64,000 nucleotides of DNA from an uncultured Alphaproteobacteria bacterium (GTDB lineage Bacteria; Pseudomonadota; Alphaproteobacteria; Rhodobacterales; Rhodobacteraceae): assembly GCA_963773475.1 (NCBI GenBank), contig CAVZBD010000002.1, forward strand, positions 323,618 through 387,617, in the 5' to 3' direction. Position numbers and translations under genes: made by a program. The notes under the pieces are model-generated. The model saw only the letters and a program-made list of their open reading frames with translations, had not been told where the DNA came from and ran no database searches. This document shows positions 9,314-21,345 of this stretch, in pieces; position 1 is the stretch's first letter; each line of letters opens with the position of its first letter.

Positions 9314-9955
9314 TCAGGGGCGCCAGGCGAGGAAGTTCGCGATCAGCCGGAGGCCCGTCGCCTGGCTCTTCTCGGGGTGGAACTGGGTGCCGACCATCGT
9401 GTCGCGCCCGACGATGGCGGTGATCTCGCCGCCGTAGTCGCACTAGGCCAGCCGATCGCGCCGGGTCGTCGACCCGCATCTGGTAGGAATGGACGAAATA
9501 GGCGTGGTCGCCGGTGGCGATGCCCTCCAGCACCGGGTGCGGGCGGTCGATCACCAGGTCGTTCCAGCCCATGTGCGGCACCTTCAGCCCGGCCGGGCGG
9601 CGCGATCCGCACCACCTCGCCGGCGATCCAGCCGAAGCCCGGCGTGGTCCCGTATTCGCGCCCGCTCGTCGCCAGCAGCTGCATCCCGACGCAGATGCCG
9701 AGGAACGGGCGCGCCCTTGCGCTCGACCGCCTCGACCATCGCCTCGTGCAGGCCGGCGCGGGCGCGCAGCGCCGCGCGCGCAGGCGGGAAAGGCGCCGTC
9801 GCCCGGCAGCACGATCCGGTCGGCGCGGGCCACGTCCTCGGGGCGGCCGATGACGAGCGACCTCGCCCGCGCCGGTCTCGCGCGCCATGCGCTGGAACGC
9901 CTTCTCGGCCGAGTGCAGGTTGCCGCGCGTCGTAGTCGATCAGGACGGTCAGCAT
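9314..9955 (-). CDS. hisH: Imidazole glycerol phosphate synthase glutaminase subunit (frameshifted)
   Basis: MLTVLIDY..., [34 protein letters not shown]. Confidence 0.92.
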
Positions 9956-9963
9956 GGTGCCGC

Positions 9964-10557
9964 TCACAGCGTGCCCTTGGTCGACGGGACGGCGTCGGCC
10001 CTGCGCGGGTCGGGCTCGACCGCCTCGCGCAGGGCGCGCGCCACGGCCTTGAACGCGGCCTCGGCGATGTGGTGGCTGTTGGCGCCGTGCAGGCGCGTCG
10101 ACGTGCAGCGTGATCCCGCCGTGGGTCGCGAAGCGCCTGGAAGAACTCGCGCACCAGCTCGGTGTCGAAGGTGCCGATCTTCGGCGCGGGAAGCGCCACG
10201 TTCCAGACCAGGAAGGGCCGGCCCGACAGGTCGAGCGCCGCGCGCACCAGCGCGTCGTCCATCGGCAGGAGGCACGACGCCGTAGCGGCGGATGCCGCGC
10301 TTGTCGCCCAGCGCCTGCGCCAGCGCCTGGCCGATGGCGATGCCGGTGTCCTCGACCGTGTGGTGGTCGTCGATGTGCAGGTCGCCCGTCGGCGCGGACC
10401 GTCAGGTCGATCAGCGCGTGGCGGGCCAGCTGGTCGAGCATGTGGTCGAAGAAGCCGACGCCGGTCGCGTTGTCGTAGCGGCCCGTGCCGTCGAGGTCGA
10501 GCTCGACACGTGATGTCGGTCTCGGCGGTCTTCCGGGTGATGGTCGGCCTGTCGCAT
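9964..10557 (-). CDS. hisB: Imidazoleglycerol-phosphate dehydratase (frameshifted)
   Basis: [50 protein letters not shown]. Confidence 0.92.
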
Positions 10558-10624
10558 GCGCTCTCCGGGGCGGGGTCGGCGCCTTATAGGCGCGCCGCGC
10601 GCCGGTTCCAAGCGTCCGGCGGCG

Positions 10625-11275
10625 CTAGGGGTGGCCGAAGAAGACGTGTCGGTGCAGATGGGTTGTGCCCTCCGCGCAGTCGAGTGCGAAGGCGGCCACC
10701 TCGGCCGGCGCGATGCGCCGCAGTACCAGGTCCGACGGCACCGTCTCGACCGCCTGCAAAGGCGTGTCCGACGGCCGGTCCGAGAACGGCGCGGGCCGCA
10801 GGATGGTCCAGTCGAGGTCGGAGCGCTCGATCAGCCTCTCCTGCCGCGCCTTGTCGCGGTACATCCGCGCGGTGAGCAGCGGGAACACGATGCGGTCGTA
10901 GACGAAACCGCCATGGCCGCGCGTCTCGCCGGCGCCGACGCCGGTGATCGCCACCAGCCGCCGCACGTCCTCGGCCCGCATCGCGGCGACGAGCGCCCGC
11001 GTCGTGTGGGAAAAGAACGTGGTCGGCCGGAGCGAGCGCAGCCCCAGCGCGTAGACGACGGCCGAAGCGCCCCGGACGAGGGGGCGCAGTCCCGCCTCGT
11101 CGTCCGGCGCCGTCTCGTGCACGTCGACGCGCGCGGCGACCTCGCTCAGCCGGCCGGCCGCGCGGGTCTGCACCGAGACGCCGTGGCCGCGCCGCAGCGC
11201 CTCGGCCACGACCAGCCGGCCGACGCGCCCGCTGGCGCCCAGAACCGCAATCCTCAGGGGGGCGTGCGAAGCCAT
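10625..11275 (-). CDS. NAD(P)H-binding oxidoreductase (flavin reductase/BLVRB-like atypical SDR)
   Basis: Intact 216 aa ORF; IAVLGASGRVG Rossmann motif, MY.DK..QE..I..SDLDWTILRP. Confidence 0.88.
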   Translation of the reverse strand: MASHAPLRIAVLGASGRVGRLVVAEALRRGHGVSVQTRAAGRLSEVAARVDVHETAPDDEAGLRPLVRGASAVVYALGLRSLRPTTFFSHTTRALVAAMRAEDVRRLVAITGVGAGETRGHGGFVYDRIVFPLLTARMYRDKARQERLIERSDLDWTILRPAPFSDRPSDTPLQAVETVPSDLVLRRIAPAEVAAFALDCAEGTTHLHRHVFFGHP

Positions 11276-11353
11276 GACCGGAGCGTCCGTCGCTGTTCGC
11301 CGGACGACCTAGGTCCGCGCCCGTCTCGGGCCAGCCGGATCGGAATGAGAAGT

Positions 11354-11428
11354 TGGAGCGGGCGATGAGATTCGAACTCACGACCCTTACCTTGGCAAGG
11401 TAATGCTCTACCCCTGAGCTACGCCCGC
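11354..11428 (-). tRNA. tRNA-Gly (GCC)
   Basis: Reverse complement GCGGGCGTAGCTCAGGGGTAGAGCATTACCTTGCCAAGGTAAGGGTCGTGAGTTCGAATCTCATCGCCCGCTCCA is a canonical cloverleaf with CCA. Confidence 0.97.
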
Positions 11429-11539
11429 TTCCTTGGCGGAGCGCGAATCCGCCGCTCGGGTGAGGGCGGATGTAAGGGAGCCCGCCCGCGGCTGCAAGAG
11501 GAAAATCGCCGGGCGCGCACCGCCTTCGGACATGCCCCA

Positions 11540-12309
11540 GCGTCGACGCGCCGGCCGGCCCGCAAACGGTCGCTCCGGGCCTTGCGGCGCCGCTTCTGGC
11601 GCCAGAGGTTCAGCGCCTCGACCGCGCCGGCGAAGACCATCGCGGCGTAGATGAAGCCGCGCTCGACGTGGAAGTGCGAAGCCGTCGGCGACCAGCGCCA
11701 TGCCCACCATGACCAGGAAGGCGAGCGCCAGCATCTTGGTCGAGGGATGGGCCTCGACGAAGCTGGCCGATGGGCTCGGCGGCGACCATCATCACGCGGA
11801 TCGCGATCGATCACCGCGGCGATCATCACCGGCAGGTGGTCGGCGATGCCGACCGCGGTGATCACGCTGTCGAGCGAGAAGACCAGGTCGAGCACCATGA
11901 TCTGCGAAGATCACCGCGGTGAAGGTGGCGCGGGCCACGCCGGGCGTCTTCGGCTCGACGTCGCCCTCGACCTCGTCGAAGATCTCGGTCGCGGCCTTGC
12001 AGATCAGGAACAGTCCGCCCGGCGAGCAGGATCAGGTCGCGCCACGAGAGACCGAAGCCCGGCGACGGTCAAGAACGGCGCGCTGCAGCCCGATGATCCA
12101 GGCGATGCGAGAACAGCAGCGCGACCCGCAGGACCAGCGCGCCCGGTGAGCCCGATCGAGCGGGCGCCGGCGCGGCGCTCTTCGGGCAGGCGCGCCGCGG
12201 CGATCGAGATGAAGATCACGTTGTCGACGCCGAGCACGATCTCGAGCACCGTGAGCGTGAGGAGCGACATCCACGCCGCCGGATCGGTCAGCAGTTCGAG
12301 CACGCTCAT
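11540..12309 (-). CDS. TerC family membrane protein (frameshifted; 3' end uncertain)
   Basis: LLTLTVLEIVLGVDNVIFISI, LDLVFSLDSVITAVGI, MLALAFLVMVGMALVADG, RGFIYAAMVF. Confidence 0.88.
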
Positions 12310-12360
12310 CCCCTTCCATCCTCGCAGCCGAACGCGCGCCGGCGCGGATGGTTCAGGGCG

Positions 12361-15300
12361 TCACTCGAACTCGACCAGCAGGTCCTTGGCGTCGATCTGG
12401 GCGCCCGGCGTGACGTGCACGGCCTTGACCATCGCGTCGCGCTCGGCGTGGATGCCGGTCTCCATCTTCATCGCCTCGATGGTCAGCAGCAGGTCGCCCT
12501 GCTTGCACCGCCTGGCCCGGCCTGCACCGCGACCGTGGCCACGACGCCCGGCATCGGCGCGCCGACGTGGTCGGGATTGCCCGGCTCGGCCTTGGGCCGC
12601 GCGGCGCCGGCCGTGTGCGCCGTGCGGTTCGGCACGCGGATCGATGCGCGGCTGGCCGTTCAGCTCGAAGAACACCCGCGCCTCGCCGTCCTCGTCGGTC
12701 TCGCCGACCGCCTGCAGGCGGATTTCCAGCGTCTTGCCGGGGTCGATCTCGGCGCGTGATCTCCTCGCCCGGCTCCATGCCGTAGAAGAAGGTGCGCGTG
12801 GGCAGGGTGCGGACCGGGCCGTAGGTCTCGTGGCGGTCGGCGTAGTCGGTGAAGACCTTGGGATACATCAGGTAGCCGTTCAGGTCCTCGTCGTCGATCT
12901 CGACGCCGTCGAGCTCGCGCCGACAGCTCGGCGCGCGTCGCCTCGAGGTCGACCGGCGGCAGGTGCTTGCCGGGCCGGTCGGTCGATCGGCTTCTCGCCC
13001 TTCAGGACCTTCTTCTGGATCGCCGTCGGCCAGCCGCCCGGCGGCTGGCCCAGGTTGCCGCGCATCATGTCGATCGACCGAGTCGGGGAAGGACACGTCG
13101 ACGCTTCGGGTCCTCGACCTGCTGCGCGGGTCAGGCCCTGGCTGACCATCATCAGCGCCATGTCGCCCACCACCTTGCGACGACGGCGTGACCTTCACGA
13201 TGTCGCCGAACATCCGGTTCACGTCGGCATAGGTCTGGGCCACCTCGTGCCAGCGCTCCTCCAGCCCCAGGCTGCGGGCCTGCGCCTTGAGGTTGGTGAA
13301 CTGCCCGCCCGGCATCTCGTGCAGGTAGACCTCGGACGCCGGCGCCTGCAGGCCGCTTTCGAAGGCGGCGTAATGGGCGCGCACCGCTTCCCAGTAGTTG
13401 CGAGATCTCGCGGATCGCGCGCGATGTCGAGCCCGGTGTCGCGGTCGGTGTGCGCCAGCGCCTCGACGATCGTGCCCAGCGTCGGCCTGGCTGGTGTTGC
13501 CCGACAGCGCGTCCATCGCGCAGTCGACCGCATCGACGCCCGCCTCGGCGGCGGCCAGGATCGTGGCGCCGGCGATGCCGGCGGTGTCGTGGGTGTGGAA
13601 GTGGATCGGCAGGCCGACCTCCTCCTTCAGCGCCTTGATCAGCACGCGCGGCGGCGGCGGGCTTCAGCAGCCCCGCCATGTCCTTGAGCCCCAGCACATG
13701 GGCGCCGGCGGCCTTCAGCTCCTTGCGCCATGGCGACGTAGTACTTCAGGTCGTACTTGGCGCGGTCCGGGTCCAGCAGGTCGCCGGTATAGCAGATCGT
13801 GCCCTCGCAGACCTTGCCGGCCTCGACCACCGCGTCCATCGCGACGCGCATGTTCTCGACCCAGTTCAGGCTGTCGAAGACGCGGAACACGTCGACGCCC
13901 GATCTCGGCCGCCTGCGCGACGAAGCGCTGCACCACGTTGTCGGGATAGTTGGTGTAGCCCACCCCGTTCGAGCGCGCGCAGCAGCATCTGCGTCATCAG
14001 GTTCGGCATCGCCGCGCGCAGGTCGCGCAGGCGCTGCCAGGGGCATTCCTGCAGGAAGCGGTAGGCCACGTCGAAGGTCGCGCCGCCCCAGCATTCGACG
14101 CTGAACAGCTGCGGCAGGTTGGCGGCATAGGCCGGCGCCACGCGGATCATGTCGATCGAGCGCATCCGCGTGGCCAGCAGCGACTGGTGCCCGTCGCGCA
14201 TCGTGGTGTCGGTGATCAGCAGCTGCTTCTGCGCGGCCATCCAGTCGGCCACGCGCCTGCGGGCCCTGCTCGTCGAGGATCTGCCGCGTGCCGGGCGGCG
14301 GCGCGTCGGTCCGCAGCGGCCGGCGGCACCGGCGCGCGCGCCTCGGCGGCGGGCTGCGGGCGGCCCGTCGGTCTCGGGATGGCCGTTGACGGTGATGTCG
14401 GCGATGTAGGTCAGGATCTTGGTCGCCCGGTCGCGCCGCTGCTTGAAGTCGAACAGCTCGGGCGTCTGGTCGATGAACTTGGTGTGGTACTCGTTGTTCA
14501 GGAAGGTCGGGTGCTTCAGCAGGTTCTCGACGAAGGCGATGTTGGTGCGACACGCCGCGGATGCGGAACTCGCGCAGCGCGCGGTCCATCCGGGCGATCG
14601 CGGCCTCGGGCGTCGGCGCCCAGGCGGTGACCTTCTCCAGCAGCGAATCGTAGATAGCGGGTGATGACCGCGCCGGAATAGGCGGTGCCGCCGTCCAGCC
14701 GGATGCCCATGCCGGTGGCGCCGCGATAGGCGGTGATGCGGCCGTAATCGGGGATGAAGTTGTTGCGTCGGGTCCTCGGTGGTGATCCGGCACTGGATGG
14801 CGTGGCCGGTCAGGCTGCACGTCGTACTGCGCTGGCGACGCCGGTGGCCTCGACCAGGGTCTTGCCCTCGGCGATCAGGATCTGCGCCTGCACGATGTCG
14901 ATGCCGGTGACCTCCTCGGTCACGGTATGCTCGACCTGGACGCGCGGGTTCACCTCGATGAAGTAGAAGTCGCCCGTCGTCCATATCCATCAGGAACTCG
15001 ACGGTGCCGGCGCATTCGTAGCCCACCTGCCTCGGCGATCTTGCGGCCGAGGTCGCAGAGCTCCTCGCGCTGCGCGTCGGTCAGGTAGGGGGCGGGGGCG
15101 CGCTCGACGACCTTCTGGTTGCGGCGCTGGACGGAGCAGTCGCGCTCCCACAGGTGGTAGATGTCGCCGTGGCTGTCGCCGAGGATCTGCACCTCGACGT
15201 GGCGGGCGCGCAGGATCATCTTTTCCAGATAGCCCTCGCCGTTGCCGAAGGCGGCCTCGGCCTCGCGCCGGCCCTCGCGGACCTTCTCCTCCAGCTCGTC

Positions 15301-15834
15301 GGGTCCGGCGATCGGGCGCATGCCGCGGCCGCCGCCGCCCCAGGACGGCCTTGAGCATCAGCGGATAGCCGATCTCCTCGGCCTGCGCGGCGGATCGCGT
15401 CCATGTCGTCGCCCAGCACCTCGGTCGCGGGGATCACCGGCACGCCGGCCTCGATCGCGACCCTGCGGGCGCTGGCCTTGTCGCCGAGCGCGCGCATGGT
15501 CTCGGCCTTCGGGCCGATGAAGGCGATGCCGGCCGCCGTCGCAGGCGTCGACGAAATCGGGGTTCTCGGACAGCAGGCCATAGCCGGGATGGATCGCGTC
15601 GGCGCCGCAGGCCTTGGCGACGCGGATGATCTCGGGGATCGACAGATAGGCCGCCACCGGGCCCAGCCCCTCGCCGATGCGATAGGCCTCGTCGGCCTTG
15701 AAGCGGTGCAGGCACAGCTTGTCCTCTTCGGCGTAGACGGCGACGGTCCGCTTGCCCAGCTCGTTGGCGGCGCGCATCACGCGGATCGCGATCTCGCCGC
15801 GGTTGGCGATGAGGATCTTCTTGAACTCGGCCAT
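12361..15834 (-). CDS. pyc: Pyruvate carboxylase (multiple frameshifts)
   Basis: Biotin carboxylase start [33 protein letters not shown]; carboxyltransferase [33 protein letters not shown]; biotin site EAMKME. Confidence 0.95.
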
Positions 15835-16007
15835 CCGCATTCCCTTCTTTGCAGGTGCAGCAACTTGGTAGGCCGTCGGCGGTCTGCGGTAAAGCGCCGC
15901 CCTCGGCCCGGGCGTCGGCGGATTGCTGCAGAGGCCGGGAACCGGATCGCCGGTCGCTCATTGATGGCGCGCCAGAATGGCGATATATCCCTTCGGGAGA
16001 GAGAACG

Positions 16008-16502
16008 ATGACGAGCAAGATTGTGACCATGACGGTTTCGGCGCTCGCGCTCAGTACCGGCCTCGCGGCCGCGCATGGGCATGATGAGCGACATCGACAC
16101 CAACGGTGACGCGATGATCAGCCAGGACGAGTGGAGCGCCCACAGCTCGACCGCCACGCGACGCCGGCTGGATGAGCTATGACACCGACGCCAGCGGCGC
16201 GCTGTCGGAAGAGGAATTCGGCGCCTACTCGGCCGAAACGGGCGACAGCGCGGCGTTGCGCCGACGTGGATGCCGAGCGCCAGCGGCGACGCCTCCGCCT
16301 CGCGAAATCGCGGCGTCCGAGTTCCAGATGTACGACACCGACGGCGACGGCAACCTCAACGCGGACGAGTACGCCGCGATGCAGAACTCGATGTCGTCGC
16401 AGGGCGGCATGTCGACCGAGGGCGGCGACAATGCCGCGGGTGACAACGCGCGCCGGCGACGAGGCCGAGGGCGACAACGAAGCCGAGGGCGCCGGCAACT
16501 GA
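16008..16502 (+). CDS. Secreted acidic EF-hand (calcium-binding) protein (frameshifted)
   Basis: Signal-like MTSKIVTMTVSALALSTGLAAA; EF loops DTNGDAMISQDEW, DTDASGALSEEEF, DTDGDGNLNADEY. Confidence 0.75.
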
Positions 16503-16508
16503 GCCCGC

Positions 16509-17666
16509 TCACAGCGATCCGGTCGCGCGCCTCGTCGCGGGCGCGCGATCCCCATCTGCCCCATGTCCGCGATCATCCCCTCGCGCAGGATGTGGAACAC
16601 ATGGGCGACGCCCTTCTCGCCGAAGGCCCCGAGGCCGTACTGCAACGCCCGCCCCAGCATCACGAAATCGGCGCCGAGCGCGATGCACCCGCAGGATGTC
16701 GGTGGCCGAGCGCACGCCGCCGTCCGCAGATCAGCGGATAGTCCGTCGCCCACCGCCGCCCGGATCTCGGGCAGCGCCGCCAGCGACGCCGGCGCCGCGT
16801 CGAACTGCCGCCCGCCGTGGTTCGACACCCAGACCGCGTCGACGCCCGCGTCGCTTCAGCCGCGCCGCGTCGTCGGCCGCGCAGCACGCCCTTGACCACC
16901 AGCGGCCGTCCCATTCGTCGCGCAGCGCCGCGCAGATAGTCCCAGTCGGGCGCGGTGCGCAGCAGGTAGCCGACATGCGCGGTCGAGCGGCAGGTCGCGT
17001 CCTCGCCTCGACATAGCTCGTCGAGCAGTCCGCAGTCCGCGGCATGCCCGTGCGCGGACGATGCCCAGCGCCCAGGCCGGGCGCATCGCCGCCTGCGCCA
17101 GCGATGCGCGGGTCAGCGTCATCGGGTTGGTCAGCCGCGCGCGGCGCTGCCGTTCGCGCCGGCTGGCCACGGGCACGTCGACGGTCAGGATCAGCGTGTG
17201 AAAGCCCGCGTCGCGTGCCCGCGCCAGCATGTCGCGCGCGGATCTCCGTGTCGCCGCGGCGGGTAGAGCTGGAACCAGCCCTGGCCGCCGGCATGCGGGC
17301 CCACCGTCTCGGGCGTCTCGGCGGCGACGGTGGACAGGCCGATAGGGGATGCCCGCTCGGCGCGCGGCCGCGGGCCAGGATGCGCTCGGCATCGGGCCAG
17401 ATCGAGGCCCGACATGCCCACCGGCGCGATGCCGAAGGGCAGGGGATGCGGCGGCCCAGCAGCGTCGGTCGACAGGTCCGGCGTCACGGTCGCCGCGCAG
17501 GATCGCGGGCCAGAACCGGACGGCGTCCAGCGCGGCGCGGTTGCGCGCGGCGCGTCGCCTCGTCCCGGTGGCGCTGTCGAGATATTCCCAGACGAAATCG
17601 CGGCACGCGGCGCCGCGCGCGGGCGCGCAGGTCGGAGATGGCGGGATAGCGGAGGTCGAGGTCCAT
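16509..17666 (-). CDS. FMN-dependent alpha-hydroxy-acid oxidase (L-lactate dehydrogenase-like), frameshifted
   Basis: MDLDLRYPAISDL, WEYLDSATG, PFGIAPVGMSGL, WFQLYP, PLVVKGV, SNHGGRQFD, GADFVMLGR. Confidence 0.88.
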
Positions 17667-17831
17667 CGGCGCACGATGCTCAGCCGCGCGGGCCAGGACG
17701 GGCAATGCGCATACGTCGGGCCCTCACCGGATGGAGGTCCGGCCAGCACCCTCGAGATGACGCGGTCGTCAGCGTCCGGGCGGATTTGCGGCAATGCGAC
17801 GAAGCCACGGTTCGGCGGAGCCGGGCGGCGT

Positions 17832-17847
17832 GAACAGATCGGCGAAC
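17832..17847 (+). promoter_or_regulatory. Possible alphaproteobacterial LexA (SOS) box upstream of uvrD
   Basis: GAAC-AGATCGGC-GAAC ~40 nt upstream of the uvrD start. The canonical box is GAAC-N7-GAAC; this one is N8, in an indel-prone sequence. Confidence 0.35.
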
Positions 17848-17886
17848 GGCGTCTTTTCCTCGGGCGTCCGCGACTAGCTCGCCGCC

Positions 17887-20313
17887 ATGAGCACCTTCGA
17901 CGAAGCGACGCCTTCGAGGCGCCGCCGGCGCCTCGCTGGCCGCGCGCGCGATGGCGGCCCGCGCCGGCGCCCTATCTCGACGACCTGAACCCCGCGCAGC
18001 GCGAGGCGGTCGAGGCGCTGGACGGGCCGGTGCTGATGCTGGCGGGCGCCGGCACCGGCAAGACCAAGGCGCTGACCGCCCGCATCGCGCATCTGCTGAA
18101 CACCGGGACGCGCGCGCCCGAACGAGATCCTCGCCGTGACCTTCACCAACAAGGCCGCGCGCGAGATGAAGGAGCGGGTGGCCCGCCTTCTGGGCCAGGC
18201 GGTCGAGGGGATGCCCTGGCTCGGCACCTTCCACGCGATCTGCGTCAAGCTGCTGCGCCGCCATGCCGAGCTGGTGGGGCTGAAGTCGAACTTCACCATC
18301 CTCGACACCGACGACCAGATCCGGCTGCTGAAGCAGCTGATCCTGGCCGCCGAACATCGACGAGAAGCGCTGGCCGCGCGCGGCAGCTCGCCGGGCATCA
18401 TCGACCACTGGAAGAACCGCGCCTGGACGCCCGACAAGGTGCCCGCCGCCGAGGCCGGCGGCCTTCAACCACCGCGGCGTCGAGCTCTACGCCGCAGTAC
18501 CAGGAGCGGCTGCGCACGCTGAACGCCGTCGATTTCGGCGACCTGCTGCTGCACGTGCTGACGATCTTCCAGACGCACGACGGACGTGCTGGCGCAGTAC
18601 CAGCGCTGGTTCCGCTACATCCTCGTGGACGAGTACCAGGACACCAACGTCGCCCAGTACCTCTGGCTGCGGCTGCTGGCGCAGGCGCACCGCAACATCT
18701 GCTGCGTGGGCGACGACGACCAGTCGATCTATGGCTGGCGCGGCGCCGAGGTGGGCAACATCCTGCGGTTCGAGAAGGACTTTCCCGGCGCCACGGTGGT
18801 CCGGCTGGAGCAGAACTACCGCTCGACCCCGCATATCCTCGCCGCCGCCTCGGGCGTGATCGCGGCGAACAAGGGGCGGCTCGGCAAGACGCTCTGGACC
18901 GACCGAGCCGAGGGCGAGAAGGTCCGCCTGATCGGCCACTGGGACGGCGAGGAGGAGGCGCGCTGGATCGGCGAGGAGATCGAGGCGATGCGGCAGCGGC
19001 ACCCGCGGGCTGCGCCCGATCGCGCCTCGACGACATGGCGATCCTGGTGCGCGCCTCGCCACCAGATGCGCGCCTTCGAGGACCGGTTCCTGACCATCGG
19101 CCTGCCCTACCGCGTGATCGGCGGCCCGCGCTTCTACGAGCGGATGGAGATCCGCGACGCGATGGCCTATTTCCGCCTCGCCGTCTCGCCCCGACGACGA
19201 CCTCGCCTTCGAGCGGATCGTGAACACGCCCAAGCGCGGCCTGGGCGACAAGGCGCAGCAGAAGATCCAGCGTGGCCGCGCGGACGAACGGCGTGTGCCT
19301 GCTCGAAGGCGCGCGGCATCCTGCTGGCGGCGAAGGCGCGCTCGGCGGCAAGGGCGGCGCGGCGAGCTGCAGCGGTCGCTGGTCGACGCGGCATCGACCG
19401 CTGGCACGCGGCCGAGGACGCGGCGACGCCGCACGGCACGACAGCCATATCGAGCTGGCCGAGAGATCCTGGACGAATCCGGCTACACCGCGCATGTGGC
19501 AGGACGACAAGACGCCCGAGGCGCCGGGCCGGCTGGAGAACCTCAAGGAACTGGTCAAGGCGCTGGAGAGTTCGAGAACCTGCAGGGCTTCCTCGAACAC
19601 GTCGCGCTGATCATGGACAACGAGTCCGAGGACGGCGAGGCGACAAGGTCATCGATCATGACGCTGCACGCCGCCAAGGGGCTGGAATTTCCCGCCGTGT
19701 TCCTGCCGGGCTGGGAGGACGGGCTGTTCCCCTCGCAGCGCTGCATGGACGAAAGCGGGCTGAAGGGGCTCGAGGAGGAGCGGCGGCTGGCCTATGTCGG
19801 CATCACCCGGGCCGAGGAGCTCTGCACGATCTCCTTCGCCGCCAACCGCCGGGTCTACGGCCAGTGGCAATCGGCGCTGCCCTCGCGCTTCATCGACGAA
19901 CTGCCCGAGCCGACATGTCGAGGTGCTGACGCCGCCCGGCCTCTACGGCGGCGGCTACGGCGCGGCCGGCATGGCGGCGCGCTCGCCGCGATCATGGGCG
20001 CGGCGATGCGACCTGCACGAAGGCCGCCGGGCCGACGTCTACAACTCGCCCGGCTGGAAGCGGCTGCAGGCGCGCAGCGCGCACGCGGCCGATGGCGCCA
20101 GCCGCGCGAGGCGCGCAACATGGTGATCGACCTCGACGCCGTGTCGGCCTTCGCCGAGGGCGACCGGGTGTTCCACCAGAAGTTCGGCTATGGCGCGGTC
20201 GACGGGCGATCGAGGGCGACAAGCTGGACATCGAGTTCGACAAGGCGGGCGCGAAGAAGGTCGTCGCCAAGTTCGTGGTCGACGCCGCGGCCGCCGACGA
20301 CGTGCCGTTCTGA
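17887..20313 (+). CDS. uvrD: ATP-dependent DNA helicase UvrD/PcrA (frameshifted)
   Basis: [83 protein letters not shown]-terminal [10 protein letters not shown]. Confidence 0.95.
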
Positions 20314-20323
20314 CGCGCGGCCG

Positions 20324-20923
20324 CTAGCGCTCGTACCCGTCGAGCGAGGCGTCGAACTCGGCCGGCTCGATCGTGCCGGTGCGGTTCACGTCGAGCTTGT
20401 GGAACTCGGCCAGCAGCAGGTCGACCATCCGTTCCTGCGGCGTGTCCCGCTCGAGCGCGACGCCGTTCGCGCGGAGCGAATCGAGGAACTCGGTCGCGTC
20501 GATGACGTCGTCGTCGTTGCTGTCGTGGGTCTTGAACTGGTCCCAGGTCTGCTCGAGCGTCTCTTCGGTGGGCGGTGAGCTGACCGCGGCGATTTCCGCG
20601 CCCGCGCCGCCGCCCACGCAGACGTTCGACGCGCCGGCCTGGGTCGAGCAGTGGCCGTTCCCGGTGCGGCAGCCGCCGTCGCAGTTGCAGCCGAAGATGT
20701 TGCACGACCCGTTCGCGCAGTTGCCGAAAAGGTGGATCAGCGGCCCCGGCGTGCAGTCGGCGCAATAGGGCACGGGCGGATTGGGCGCGATTGGGTTGCC
20801 CGACGTCGAGGGTGAACAATAGAGCACGGCGCCACAACATTCCGCGCGGGCATCCGACGCTGCAAGTCCGCCGGCAAGCGCGAGGAGCGCCACGAAAAGG
20901 CTGCGCAATATCGCCTGCGTCAT
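20324..20923 (-). CDS. Secreted cysteine-rich Diedel-like domain protein with two C-terminal EF-hands
   Basis: Intact 199 aa from ATG 20923: signal peptide ending ARA|ECC, 12 Cys including CANGSCNIFGCNCDGGCRTG, EF loops DSNDDDVIDATEF and DVNRTGTIEPAEF. Confidence 0.8.
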   Translation of the reverse strand: MTQAILRSLFVALLALAGGLAASDARAECCGAVLYCSPSTSGNPIAPNPPVPYCADCTPGPLIHLFGNCANGSCNIFGCNCDGGCRTGNGHCSTQAGASNVCVGGGAGAEIAAVSSPPTEETLEQTWDQFKTHDSNDDDVIDATEFLDSLRANGVALERDTPQERMVDLLLAEFHKLDVNRTGTIEPAEFDASLDGYER

Positions 20924-21101
20924 CTCGAAATCCCTCGGTTCAAAAATATCCCGCCACCGGCGGGCTGCGGCGGCCTCCGGGTGCCGCTGCGTCACTTTAG
21001 CCGCGCCACCGCGGCGGACCAAGGAATTTGTTCAAGTAATTCTGAATCGGGGCCGGCGCGCGGTCTCTGCGACCTCCGTGCGCGCAAGTGCCCATGCAAA
21101 C

Positions 21102-21176
21102 AAAAAGGCGGCGACACCGGGAGGATGGTGTCGCCGCCAGGACAGGAAGACCCAGGGAGGAGGAGAGCCTTCCGAA
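21102..21176 (-). ncRNA. ccsR: CcsR/cuckoo sRNA copy 3 (terminal, ends in U-tract)
   Basis: Minus strand GGAAGGCTCTCCTCCTCCCTGGGTCTTCC-TGTCCT-GGCGGCGACACCATCCTCCCGGTGTCGCCGCC-TTTTT: two hairpins with CCUCCUCCC/UCCUCCC loops downstream of a DUF1127 gene. Confidence 0.88.
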
Positions 21177-21224
21177 CCGTTTGTCGCCTTTCCGGCGCGG
21201 CGCGGAGCCGGCGGCCGGGAAGGG

Positions 21225-21295
21225 AGGCGGCGACACCGGGAGGATGGTGTCGCCGCCAGGACAGGAAGACCCAGGGAGGAGGAGAGCCTTCCGAA
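21225..21295 (-). ncRNA. ccsR: CcsR/cuckoo sRNA copy 2
   Basis: Essentially identical repeat of 21106-21176. Confidence 0.88.
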
Positions 21296-21345
21296 TTCCG
21301 TCCGTCGTGTCCTGCGCGCGGCGTCGGGCCTGCGCGGGGAAGAAA

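Noticed and set aside
10560-11428. Integrative element at the tRNA-Gly 3' end
   Set aside because: Only one oxidoreductase gene lies between the tRNA and hisB; no integrase and no duplicated tRNA 3' end were seen.
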